Positions 35,052 through 44,353 of a stretch of 55,779 nt of DNA are shown here, in pieces. Positions within the stretch are counted from its first letter, which is position 1, and each line of letters begins with the position of its first letter. The DNA is from a virus (taxonomy: Duplodnaviria > Caudoviricetes), in IMG/VR virus record IMGVR_UViG_3300000162_000007, positions 1 to 55,779 of that record; one strand, written 5' to 3'. The position numbers were made by a program, and so were the translations under genes. The notes beneath the pieces are model-generated. The model did no database searches. It saw nothing but the letters and a program-made list of their open reading frames with translations, and was not told the DNA's origin.

Positions 35052-36803
35052 TTAAGAATAAAAAGTGTATGTTGTATTATCTTTATTAGATACTACTTTA
35101 TACGTTATATCCATTTCAAATATAAATGGTTTTTGTGAACCATCTGTTATTTCCCAAGGTGAATCATCACTTACTGTTAAATTACATTGAGATAAAAATC
35201 CATATGTAGTATTTATAATATTACCAATTTTTAATGGAACTAATTGTCCAAATATACCCAATTGTCCTTTTGGTGTTGGTAATGTAAGTTTTTTAATTTT
35301 TTCTGCTTTTGACCATATTAAATCTAATTGTGTCTTATTTTCAGCATACATTTGAAATTTAAAACTTATTTCTCTTTCCCAACTATTATAAAGATAGAAT
35401 TTAAATCCACTACCAATTGGTTTTGCATCACTCCAACTTGGAGATGCGTTATCGGTTAAACCGGTAATAGTTCCTAATAATCTAATACCATTAATTGCTA
35501 AACTAACAATATCATATCCAGTATCATTTAATACATCATTTTTTCTAGTTAAATACGGATTTACACTTTGTTTAACTTTGTTTTGAGATTGTAATGAATC
35601 AGTTACAAATGCAACATCATTTGATAATATTTTATCTATATTACCGGCTGTACTTGCTTTTTGTAATGAAGTATTATATCTTATAATATTACTTGTACCA
35701 TCTGAATTTGTATATGTAATTTTATTTTCAATATCATTTTGTACATCTACACTAGGGGAGATATCATTTTTAGCACTTCCATAATATTGATTAAAATATA
35801 TAGTATCTAATGCAGTTGATGTTCCTAAAAATATACTATAATTACCAGTTCCATTTATTTTTTCGTAATTATATGGATTTCCATTTTTACCATCACTTGC
35901 TTGTGATAAATAAATACTTTGTTCAAATCCATCTAATTTACTTTCTAATTTTTTATATGTAGTATTATAATAATCATTTAATCGATTTGATGACCCTTTT
36001 ATTAGTCCTGCATCAATTGGATTATTTGATATTTTAGTAACTGCAATATCTGCTTCTGCTTTTCCTAATTCAAATCCTGCACCAAATGCTCCACCCAATA
36101 CACCAGGTCTATTTAAAAATTGTGACTGATTTATTGCAATTTGAGAAGTAACTCCCGATTGAAATGCAAATGTAGATGGAAAATTATCAGTATAATTTAT
36201 TAAATTTGGTATTTTAACCGATGGTAATTTTGGTTTCTGTAAAGTAAATTTGGTTTTATTTATCAATGCATTTGCACCAGCTGCTATTACTGATGTTGCC
36301 AATCCAATACCTTCACTAATTGCAGTATCTCTTACTTTTGCACCAAGATTTTTTAATCCTTCATTTGATTGTAAAAAGTTTCCTAATAATCCTTTATCAT
36401 TTCTAATTCTACCATATAATAAATCAGTATATAATGTTCCTATAACCGTCTTTGGATCTTCTTCTGTTCCAACAATTAAATCATCTGGTAATTTTGGGTT
36501 AGTTAATTGTGAAATTGCACCACCCACTATACCACCAACAATAGGAATTTTACTTGCTAAGTTTGCACCTATTTTTACGGCCTGTTTTTTTAATGATGTA
36601 GTATCAACTTGTCCTTGTCCCATTATACGAACAATATCTGCTCCATATAATTGGGGTGTTGCCTTTAACCAATCTGCACTTTGTTTTAAATTCACATCAA
36701 ATGCGTTACCCGGATCTGGTTTAATCATTCCTGCTTTTTCACTATTAGGGTCTAACCCTTTTGTGAACTGATGTGTATTTAATAATTCTAATAGTGTTGC
36801 CAT
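35052..36803 (-). CDS. Putative tail tube initiator / baseplate protein
   Basis: C-terminal tube-like domain (GLTDNASPSWS..YNSWEREISFKF..PWEI); lies between the tape measure and LysM genes. Confidence 0.6.
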   Translation of the reverse strand: MATLLELLNTHQFTKGLDPNSEKAGMIKPDPGNAFDVNLKQSADWLKATPQLYGADIVRIMGQGQVDTTSLKKQAVKIGANLASKIPIVGGIVGGAISQLTNPKLPDDLIVGTEEDPKTVIGTLYTDLLYGRIRNDKGLLGNFLQSNEGLKNLGAKVRDTAISEGIGLATSVIAAGANALINKTKFTLQKPKLPSVKIPNLINYTDNFPSTFAFQSGVTSQIAINQSQFLNRPGVLGGAFGAGFELGKAEADIAVTKISNNPIDAGLIKGSSNRLNDYYNTTYKKLESKLDGFEQSIYLSQASDGKNGNPYNYEKINGTGNYSIFLGTSTALDTIYFNQYYGSAKNDISPSVDVQNDIENKITYTNSDGTSNIIRYNTSLQKASTAGNIDKILSNDVAFVTDSLQSQNKVKQSVNPYLTRKNDVLNDTGYDIVSLAINGIRLLGTITGLTDNASPSWSDAKPIGSGFKFYLYNSWEREISFKFQMYAENKTQLDLIWSKAEKIKKLTLPTPKGQLGIFGQLVPLKIGNIINTTYGFLSQCNLTVSDDSPWEITDGSQKPFIFEMDITYKVVSNKDNTTYTFYS

Positions 36804-36805
36804 AA

Positions 36806-39334
36806 TTATGAAGGCTGTCTTTTATTGCTAATTGCTAATCCAATATTCATTTTTTTACCATCTAAATAAACGGCTATTTTGCCATCATTCATATCTTGTC
36901 TTAATCCTACAATTTCTTCTAATAATTTATCTTGATTATTTGATGCTCCACCTCCTCCACCACCAACTAAATTCATTAAAAAGCCACCACCAATTGCTAA
37001 ACCAGCTAATATTGGTAATGCCGATAAACCTGCTACTGATAATAGAGCTAAAGCTCCTGCTAATGCACTAAATGCTAAAGCTAACATAAATATTTGAGGA
37101 ATTACTGCTACTAATGTTTCTAATGTTTCACCAATACCACTCATTGTTGTACTTAATGAACTAACACCTTGTGCAAATAATGCAGTTCCTGCTCCTACCA
37201 AATATAAAGATGCACCAAATGCTAAGAAACCACCTGCTACCAAAAATAATACACCACTTTCTGCTAATGGTGCTAATAAAGTAGTTAATCCAAACATAGC
37301 TAATCCCAATCCAACTAATGCTACACCTGCTTTTCCTAATGATGCCCAATCAACCGTATTAAATTCTTGTAATGCTTTTCCTAATACAAATACAGCTGCT
37401 GCCATAATTAACATTGCAGCTGCTCCTTTTATTGCATCATTCATATTAATTTTACTACCACTTTTCATTGCTTCTGCTGGCCCATTTCCAGGTGTATTTG
37501 CAGGTGGAGTTGCTGCTGAACCAGGAATATCTGGTTTTTTACCACCTACCAATGCTTTTAATCCATTACCCATTGATTTAAAAAATCCTTGTCCATCTTT
37601 TAATGAACCTGTAACTGCACCTACTGTATCTTTTACTATACCAAATCCTTCTCTAACTCCTTTTAATTCTTTACCAAAATCACCCATCAACATTAATCCA
37701 CCACCTAATAATTTCAACAATTGTCCACCCCAAGTATTAGTAATTGCTTCTACTCCTTCTTTCATTGAACTGAATGTTCCTTCTAATATTCCTGCTGGAG
37801 TACTTGCTCTTTGTAAATTTGCACTCATTTGTTGCAATTCATCTACTTGTACACCCAATGCTTCTGCTACTGCTTTCTTTTGGAAGTAATCCATTTTATT
37901 AAATTCTTCGATACCACCTGCTGCTTGTAATGCTTCTTTTTGTGCACCGGCTATATCACCTGCATATGCTAATTCTCTTGCTTTTCCTAAATTTAAATCT
38001 CTACCTAATAAAACACTAGCTTCCATTTCTTTTGCAACTGAATTATTGTAATCTAATAAGTTATCACTCATTTTACCTGCGGTATTTAAATTACTTCCTA
38101 ATCTTGCTGCTTCAATTGCTGCTGTTGCAATATTTTTTCCACCATCTTTACTAAATAATGCAACCGTTTCTGCACTTCTAGCTATATCCTGCATAACTTG
38201 TTTAGGTGCTACACCATTTTGCATTGCCAATTCTTTAGTAGCTGCATATGTATTTAATGCCGTTTCGGATGATAATCCTTGTAAATTACCAAACGTATTA
38301 ATTAACCCCGCTGCTTCATCTCCACTTAATCCCATATTTTTAGCAATAAACCCAGTATCAAATGCTAATCCAGTTGATAATTCTCTTACATCACCTAATT
38401 TTGAACCTAAACTAATTACTGCTTTACCTGCTTCTTCACCTAATATTTTACTAATTGCAAATGCTTGTGTTTTAAAAGCGGTCATCTCCCAAACTGCACC
38501 ACCTATTTCATCATTTACTTCTACAAATTCTTCAAAAATTTCTCCAATACCAATTGCAACTAAACCTACTTTTTGTTGCCAACCTTGCATAAAAATTTCA
38601 GCATAGGCTCCAACTTTTCTAAATATATTACCTATATTTTTTATATCACCTTGTATTTCACCGTAAATTTCTTTTGTTTCTTCTGATATATTTGAAAATT
38701 TATCTGCTACTGGAATTAATCCTTCCAATGCACTAATCATTTTAAATAATTCTAATTTTTGTTCAGTTGATAATTCAGTAGAGGTTTGTAGTGCAGGAAT
38801 CAATTGTTTCATTGCACTTATTTGCCCTTGTAATGCAGTTTGCTTTGCCAAAGATTCTTCTCTATCTTCTCTACTTAATTTTGAAATGTCGATTAAATCA
38901 GTTAATGATTCATTTGCCATTTTAACAAAATTAGAACCAATATCAGATGTAAATTCATCCTTAATATCTACTATACTTTCAAATATTTTATTTGAAATAT
39001 CCATAGAACCTTTCAATTGGTCGGCAAATGGTTTGTACATTGGCCCCATATCCTTTAAATTCTTACCAATTGATAGTATTGAATCTGCCTGTTCTTCCGA
39101 AGCTTTATTTGCTTCTTTTATTTTTTCAACTAATTTTTTATAGTTTTCTCTGTTTTCTCTTAGATATCCATTTATTTCTTCTAATCGTTCTGCTTCTTTT
39201 TCAGTTAATGCATTTCCTTTGGCTTGTAACTCATTTTTTATTTCCAAATCTTTCTTAATTCTGGCCATAAGTTTGCCATATGACTCTAGTTCATTTGCAT
39301 TTAATCCAGATAAATCTTTTCTTTGAGCAGCCAT
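36806..39334 (-). CDS. Tape measure protein
   Basis: Long helical Ala/Gly-rich protein with hydrophobic C-terminal repeats and a VYLDGK ending; canonical position. Confidence 0.85.
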   Translation of the reverse strand: MAAQRKDLSGLNANELESYGKLMARIKKDLEIKNELQAKGNALTEKEAERLEEINGYLRENRENYKKLVEKIKEANKASEEQADSILSIGKNLKDMGPMYKPFADQLKGSMDISNKIFESIVDIKDEFTSDIGSNFVKMANESLTDLIDISKLSREDREESLAKQTALQGQISAMKQLIPALQTSTELSTEQKLELFKMISALEGLIPVADKFSNISEETKEIYGEIQGDIKNIGNIFRKVGAYAEIFMQGWQQKVGLVAIGIGEIFEEFVEVNDEIGGAVWEMTAFKTQAFAISKILGEEAGKAVISLGSKLGDVRELSTGLAFDTGFIAKNMGLSGDEAAGLINTFGNLQGLSSETALNTYAATKELAMQNGVAPKQVMQDIARSAETVALFSKDGGKNIATAAIEAARLGSNLNTAGKMSDNLLDYNNSVAKEMEASVLLGRDLNLGKARELAYAGDIAGAQKEALQAAGGIEEFNKMDYFQKKAVAEALGVQVDELQQMSANLQRASTPAGILEGTFSSMKEGVEAITNTWGGQLLKLLGGGLMLMGDFGKELKGVREGFGIVKDTVGAVTGSLKDGQGFFKSMGNGLKALVGGKKPDIPGSAATPPANTPGNGPAEAMKSGSKINMNDAIKGAAAMLIMAAAVFVLGKALQEFNTVDWASLGKAGVALVGLGLAMFGLTTLLAPLAESGVLFLVAGGFLAFGASLYLVGAGTALFAQGVSSLSTTMSGIGETLETLVAVIPQIFMLALAFSALAGALALLSVAGLSALPILAGLAIGGGFLMNLVGGGGGGASNNQDKLLEEIVGLRQDMNDGKIAVYLDGKKMNIGLAISNKRQPS

Positions 39335-39346
39335 TAATTAATTTGA

Positions 39347-39556
39347 TTATTTTAAATGATATTTTTTCATTACTCTTTCTAATTCTGCACTATCATCTGC
39401 CATTTTTTTCATCATTTGCTTAACTTCAGGATGTAAATCTGTATTTTTTACTTTATTGTAAAATTGTTCACCTGCTCTATTTTGCATAGATTTAAAAAAT
39501 TGATCTATAATATTATAAACTAATCCTTCACTTAATTTTTTTGGGTTTTGTTCCAT
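39347..39556 (-). CDS. Small hypothetical protein
   Basis: ORF behind a TATTTATA motif at 39574-39581. Confidence 0.7.
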   Translation of the reverse strand: MEQNPKKLSEGLVYNIIDQFFKSMQNRAGEQFYNKVKNTDLHPEVKQMMKKMADDSAELERVMKKYHLK

Positions 39557-39592
39557 ATCTTTACATGCTTTTATATAAATATCATATAAAAC

Positions 39593-39624
39593 AAAAAGTT
39601 AGGAGTTTATCTTCTCCTAACTTT
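39593..39624 (-). terminator. Intrinsic terminator after the chaperone extension ORF
   Basis: AAAGTTAGGAG-AAGATAAA-CTCCTAACTTT followed by TTGTTTT. Confidence 0.75.
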
Positions 39625-39814
39625 ACTATTTGCTTTTTGTATTTGTTCTTGTTCTTTCTTTTTAATATCTGCCAATTGATTAACATACATTCTTCGTATA
39701 TGTAATGGTAAATTATACACATCACCAAACGTAAATCCACCACCACCACTAAAAACCAAGAAAAATATTTCTTCGTATAGTGATTTTGTGTAATTAGGTG
39801 GTAGGGTAAAAAAA
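39607..39814 (-). CDS. Chaperone C-terminal extension ORF (gp51/gpT-like), probably reached by a frameshift
   Basis: Open frame FFTLPPNYTKSLYEEIFFL...YNLPLHIRRMY overlaps the end of the upstream gene and has no ATG near its start. Confidence 0.6.
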
Positions 39815-40621
39815 GGAAACCCCAAACGGGATAGAAAGTGCCTCCGTTTCACCCGTTAAATCAGATGTAAATTGAAATGTCATATCTAAGTCTGGAGAAA
39901 TATCTTTAAAGAATGCTCTTAATGCCTTAGTATCACCTGCTAACATATTTGGAACAAACTTATTAATAAATCCTCTATCACTATTACCATCTACTTCTAA
40001 AATCATATATTTGAATCTAGTTGTAACTTCATTTCCTACACTCTTACCTTTTGTTAATCTTTCTAATGCATTTATTTCAGCTGTAATATCCTTTTCATCT
40101 TTGTGTGTAAGTAACTTAACTACTAATTTCTTTTTAGAAACAGGTAATTCCAATTCGTATCTATTAGATGAATTCAATTTACTAAAATCGACGTCTTTAG
40201 TTTGAATTTGAGATAAATCAATTGTTACTTTTTGTTTTTCACCACTAAAAGGGTCCGTTACTTCTACATCATAATCAGGACCATATCCTAACATACGAGT
40301 TGCTAAATAAACTGCATTGATATCACCTACAATTAAATCATCTGGATTAACACCAGGTTGAACCACTACTGATTCTAATAATTTTTGTAAAACTATACCT
40401 TTGTTGATTAAATTTCTATCTGCTAAAATATCTTCTTCTCTAGCCGTCATATATTTAATTTCCAATGTTCCTTTACTAAGAGGATTTGATTCTGCATATA
40501 CCTTACCTTCTGATGGTAGGGATATTACTTGTGTTGGAAAATCAAATGTTGCTGCTGTTTGTTGAGGTTGTGTTGGGGTTGTTGGAACTCCACCTCTTTG
40601 TATACCTACGTTTTCTTCCAT
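39794..40621 (-). CDS. Baseplate hub / tail assembly chaperone (T4 gp26-like)
   Basis: LPSEGKVY, YMTAREEDIL, RMLGYGPDY and FFYP ending; lies between tube and tape measure genes. Confidence 0.82.
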   Translation of the reverse strand: MEENVGIQRGGVPTTPTQPQQTAATFDFPTQVISLPSEGKVYAESNPLSKGTLEIKYMTAREEDILADRNLINKGIVLQKLLESVVVQPGVNPDDLIVGDINAVYLATRMLGYGPDYDVEVTDPFSGEKQKVTIDLSQIQTKDVDFSKLNSSNRYELELPVSKKKLVVKLLTHKDEKDITAEINALERLTKGKSVGNEVTTRFKYMILEVDGNSDRGFINKFVPNMLAGDTKALRAFFKDISPDLDMTFQFTSDLTGETEALSIPFGVSFFYPTT

Positions 40622-40647
40622 AATAACTTTTTGTTTGTTTTATATAA

Positions 40648-41112
40648 CTATTTCTTTTTTATTTTTTTGTTTTTTGCATCCGGTCCTGTTGTATAAGGTT
40701 CGTATGTTGTATAAGTAACATTGCTACCCGATATTGGGAAATTTGCATTTGTTGTAGTTGTTAATGAACCAGAACCCCATGATACTAAATTAGGGTTAGC
40801 AATTGAAATAGAACCATATCCTGGTGTTGTTGTAATTGCGAAATTAGGTTGTGCTGTTCCCGTATTTGGATCCCCACAATATACTTTAAATGGATTAAAT
40901 GGGTCGTTTGGGTATGGTGGAATATATGGAGTTGGTGTTATTGGACTCATATTAGGTGTTCCCCATCCACCTGTTCCAATAGGAGTTCCAATGTTATCAC
41001 TTACTTTATTTAATTCTTCTTTAATAATATCCCATTGCTTTGGAGTTGGTGAATATTCATTACATGCGGTAATAAATCCTTTTAACCAAATTGTAAATTC
41101 TAATGATGTCAT
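40648..41112 (-). CDS. Hypothetical protein with a low-complexity Pro/Thr-rich tail
   Basis: EFTIWLKGF..QWDIIKEEL N-terminal domain; TATTTATA motif upstream. Confidence 0.7.
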   Translation of the reverse strand: MTSLEFTIWLKGFITACNEYSPTPKQWDIIKEELNKVSDNIGTPIGTGGWGTPNMSPITPTPYIPPYPNDPFNPFKVYCGDPNTGTAQPNFAITTTPGYGSISIANPNLVSWGSGSLTTTTNANFPISGSNVTYTTYEPYTTGPDAKNKKIKKK

Positions 41113-41148
41113 AACTATATATTTGTATATATAAATATAATGAAAATA

Positions 41149-41184
41149 AAAAAGGGAAACAAATAATGTCTCCCTTTTCTTTTT
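41149..41184 (-). terminator. Intrinsic terminator after the tail tube gene
   Basis: AAAAGGGAGACA-TTATT-TGTTTCCCTTTT followed by TT. Confidence 0.8.
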
Positions 41185-41196
41185 ATATCTTTTAGA

Positions 41197-41685
41197 TTAG
41201 AATTCTAAGATTGCGTAATCATAAGTGATAGTTAATGTAATCATAACTGGATCGTTTGAACTCCAATCTACATCACCAAATTCAGCAGAAGAAATCCAAG
41301 CACCAACGATTTTCCATTGTTCTACTTTATCACCAACAGGTCCTAACATATAGAAATCGATATTCTTTTTGTAGAAATCTGCATAACCGTCTCTACCAGT
41401 GATAGATTCGTGAGATGTTCTAATCCATTCCATTACAGATTGTGCACCACTTGGTACAATTGGATCGTATAATGTAATAGTAATATCAGTCCAATTTGAT
41501 TTACCTTTAATTTTTCTCTTTAAGTTGATATGATCTAATTCTACAACTTCACTTTCTAACTTAGGTCTGTTTGCAGTTTTTACCATGTAAGATGGAATAC
41601 CATCAATTTCCATAATAAAACGATTTGCTAACTTTGGTTCAAAGTTGGTATAAAATATCTTATCAAATGATAATACGTCAGCCAT
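41197..41685 (-). CDS. Tail tube protein (gp19-like)
   Basis: FEPKLANRF, WTDITITLYD, GAWISSAEFGDVDW and TITYDY motifs. Confidence 0.92.
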   Translation of the reverse strand: MADVLSFDKIFYTNFEPKLANRFIMEIDGIPSYMVKTANRPKLESEVVELDHINLKRKIKGKSNWTDITITLYDPIVPSGAQSVMEWIRTSHESITGRDGYADFYKKNIDFYMLGPVGDKVEQWKIVGAWISSAEFGDVDWSSNDPVMITLTITYDYAILEF

Positions 41686-41728
41686 TGTTTATTCTCCTTT
41701 ACTTATTATAAGTATATCTTTTTTTAAT

Positions 41729-43975
41729 TTATGCGTTAAAAGTTGCCCCAGTTGGTAAAACATTGAAATCAATTTGAATAAATTCAGCTGTTTTAGTTGG
41801 TTGTAAGAATATAGCACCTTGTAAGATGTTTCTATCAATTACATCTGGAGTATTGTTTGTATCATCCATTACAACTTTGAATGCGTATAAACCTTGTTTT
41901 TGTTGAATGTTTTCCAAATAAGGATTAACTACATTTAAGAATTTGTTTCTAGTATCAGTTGTATTTTGTTCGAATACTAAGTATCTACTTGTAGATGCAA
42001 TGTATTTCTTAACTGCAATTAACAATCTTCTTACATTAATTCTATCTAACGCTGAAGGTCTACTTTGTAAAGTCTTTTGTCCAAATGCTACAATACCTTG
42101 TCCAGGGAATTGAGCGATTGGATTTACTTTTCCTTCGTATAAAGTATCTCTATCAGAGTGAGTTAATCTATCTAATACTGCTACTGCACCAGTGATACCA
42201 CCTCTATTTAAACCTGCAGGTGCAAACCACTCAGCTGATGAAGCATCATTAGCTGCATAAACTCTTGGTAATAATACTGAAGGTGGAACTGCAATTAATT
42301 TATTTGTGTTTGTATCAATTGTTTTAACCCAAGGATAATAAACTGCTGTGTAGTTAGTATCTAATGATTCTGCTACTGCTACTGCATTTGCAATACCTTC
42401 TGTACTATTAGTTGTTAATGCAGTTGCATCCATAATATAGAATGTATCTGCTCTGTTCTCAACCATATCCATTGCGTATTGTGTTACCGCAGGATGGTCC
42501 ATATGATTTACACCAGGAGTTGCTAATAAGTTAATATCCCACTCATCTACATTTGATAAAGCATTTAAACATTTTACATATGCTTTTGTTCCATTTGAAG
42601 TTGAAGTTGAACAATCTAAACCTTGTGTATTTGTTGCTGTAATATCTGCACCTTTATAAGAAGGAGTTGTTGGATTTAAACCATCGAAACCACCTTGGAA
42701 AGCTACATTAAATACTCTCTTAGCAACATTAGATGCTACTGAACCAGTTAATGGTAAACCAGCTACTGAATCTAATCCAAATGCTGTATTAGCTCCAGGA
42801 GTTGCATATGTAGGAATTGGTTTTAAATAAATTTCATTATCAGTATTTCCTTCTAAATCTATACCAGCATATACATAAGTTGAACCAGTTGCGTAAGTTA
42901 CTGCAGGAACTAATTCATCATCACCATCTGTTGCAAATGTATTCGTATAAGCATCGTGTCCATAAGGTACTGCTACCACAGGATATAATGAAGAATCTTT
43001 TGTTTCAACTCTAATATATTTAGATTTATTAGCCCAATCACCAGTACTTGTTACTTTACCATTATCATCAATTGTTTCGTATGTATCACCAATAACTCTA
43101 CTAATGTAGTTTACTGAATTAGGATCTAAAGTTATATTATTATATTGTTCTAATACTGTTTGTTTTTTATCAGTATCATTATAATCTCTTACATATAAAG
43201 AGAATGTTCCATAATCAGAACCTGCTACTGAACCTGCTGGTTTTACATTACCAATAGTTACTTTAAATCTTGTGTTTTCAACATTACCATCCGCTAAGGT
43301 ATGAACCGTAAATAGGTTATATCTACTACCACCAATTAATTGAGATTGAATTGAAGGTGTAGAAGCGTAAGTTGCATCACTTGCATACTCTTGTGTTACA
43401 TTATAGTTAATAGAAAGTGTAGTATGTGAATTAAAATTAACATCACTATTTTTAAAGAATGCGTAAGTATATGCACCTTTTTGTCCTAATGGAGATGTTC
43501 CAAAAACATGTTCAATAGAAGCAGTTGAACTACTATTTAATGATGCAGATACATCACTAATACCATCATTAACTACAAAATTACCATTTGAAGTTGCTCT
43601 AAATGAACTTCCTGTAATTGAACCACTTTCAGTGCTATATAATACACCCACTACAGCTGTATTACTACCTGAAGTTGCAACAATATATGCGGAATTATTA
43701 TCAGTATATCCACCGATACCTGCTACTCTACAAATTGTTACTAAACCAGTTTCTCTTAAATAATTTTGAGCGGTTAATTCTGTGTAATATGTTCCATCTG
43801 CTGCACCAAAAATATCTGTTAACTCTGATGGTGATGTTACGATTGTTGGTTTAAATGCTGGTCCTTGTTTGAAAGGTCCTACGATTGCTCCACCAATTGC
43901 ACCAACTCCTTGAGCGATGTATGATAAGTCGTTTTCTCTTGTAAACACACCAGGTGATACTAATTTTTCAGCCAT
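41729..43975 (-). CDS. Contractile tail sheath protein (gp18-like)
   Basis: SPGVFTRE, YYPWV, WFAPAGLNRG, GQKTL, DRINVRRL and PTKTAEFI motifs. Confidence 0.97.
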   Translation of the reverse strand: MAEKLVSPGVFTRENDLSYIAQGVGAIGGAIVGPFKQGPAFKPTIVTSPSELTDIFGAADGTYYTELTAQNYLRETGLVTICRVAGIGGYTDNNSAYIVATSGSNTAVVGVLYSTESGSITGSSFRATSNGNFVVNDGISDVSASLNSSSTASIEHVFGTSPLGQKGAYTYAFFKNSDVNFNSHTTLSINYNVTQEYASDATYASTPSIQSQLIGGSRYNLFTVHTLADGNVENTRFKVTIGNVKPAGSVAGSDYGTFSLYVRDYNDTDKKQTVLEQYNNITLDPNSVNYISRVIGDTYETIDDNGKVTSTGDWANKSKYIRVETKDSSLYPVVAVPYGHDAYTNTFATDGDDELVPAVTYATGSTYVYAGIDLEGNTDNEIYLKPIPTYATPGANTAFGLDSVAGLPLTGSVASNVAKRVFNVAFQGGFDGLNPTTPSYKGADITATNTQGLDCSTSTSNGTKAYVKCLNALSNVDEWDINLLATPGVNHMDHPAVTQYAMDMVENRADTFYIMDATALTTNSTEGIANAVAVAESLDTNYTAVYYPWVKTIDTNTNKLIAVPPSVLLPRVYAANDASSAEWFAPAGLNRGGITGAVAVLDRLTHSDRDTLYEGKVNPIAQFPGQGIVAFGQKTLQSRPSALDRINVRRLLIAVKKYIASTSRYLVFEQNTTDTRNKFLNVVNPYLENIQQKQGLYAFKVVMDDTNNTPDVIDRNILQGAIFLQPTKTAEFIQIDFNVLPTGATFNA

Positions 43976-44053
43976 TTTATGTTGTCTCCTTATAAATTAT
44001 GTTATAATATTCTAATATAAATATACAAATATAGTTGTAAAAATATATTATTG

Positions 44054-44299
44054 TTATGCTTTAGGTGTAAATTCGCCAGTATTAGTATCTAAATTACCAT
44101 CTCCATATTCTTTTTGGATATTAGATAAAAATTCTTGCTCTTCTATTCCTAATTTTGTAAATTCTTCGAACATTTGTTCCTCTTCTATTTTTAACTCCTT
44201 TTGTCTTATTTGATTTCTACCAATTAAGAAAGTTAGTTCGTTGAATTTACCCTTTAATTCCTGTAAAGTTTGTAACTGCTCATCTCTAATTTTTGCCAT
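44054..44299 (-). CDS. Small coiled-coil protein
   Basis: Heptad-like helix ending in YGDGNLDTNTGEF. Confidence 0.75.
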   Translation of the reverse strand: MAKIRDEQLQTLQELKGKFNELTFLIGRNQIRQKELKIEEEQMFEEFTKLGIEEQEFLSNIQKEYGDGNLDTNTGEFTPKA

Positions 44300-44353
44300 A
44301 ATCTTTATTTGTTTATTCTATATATAAATATATATTTTTATTCCCAAACACTA

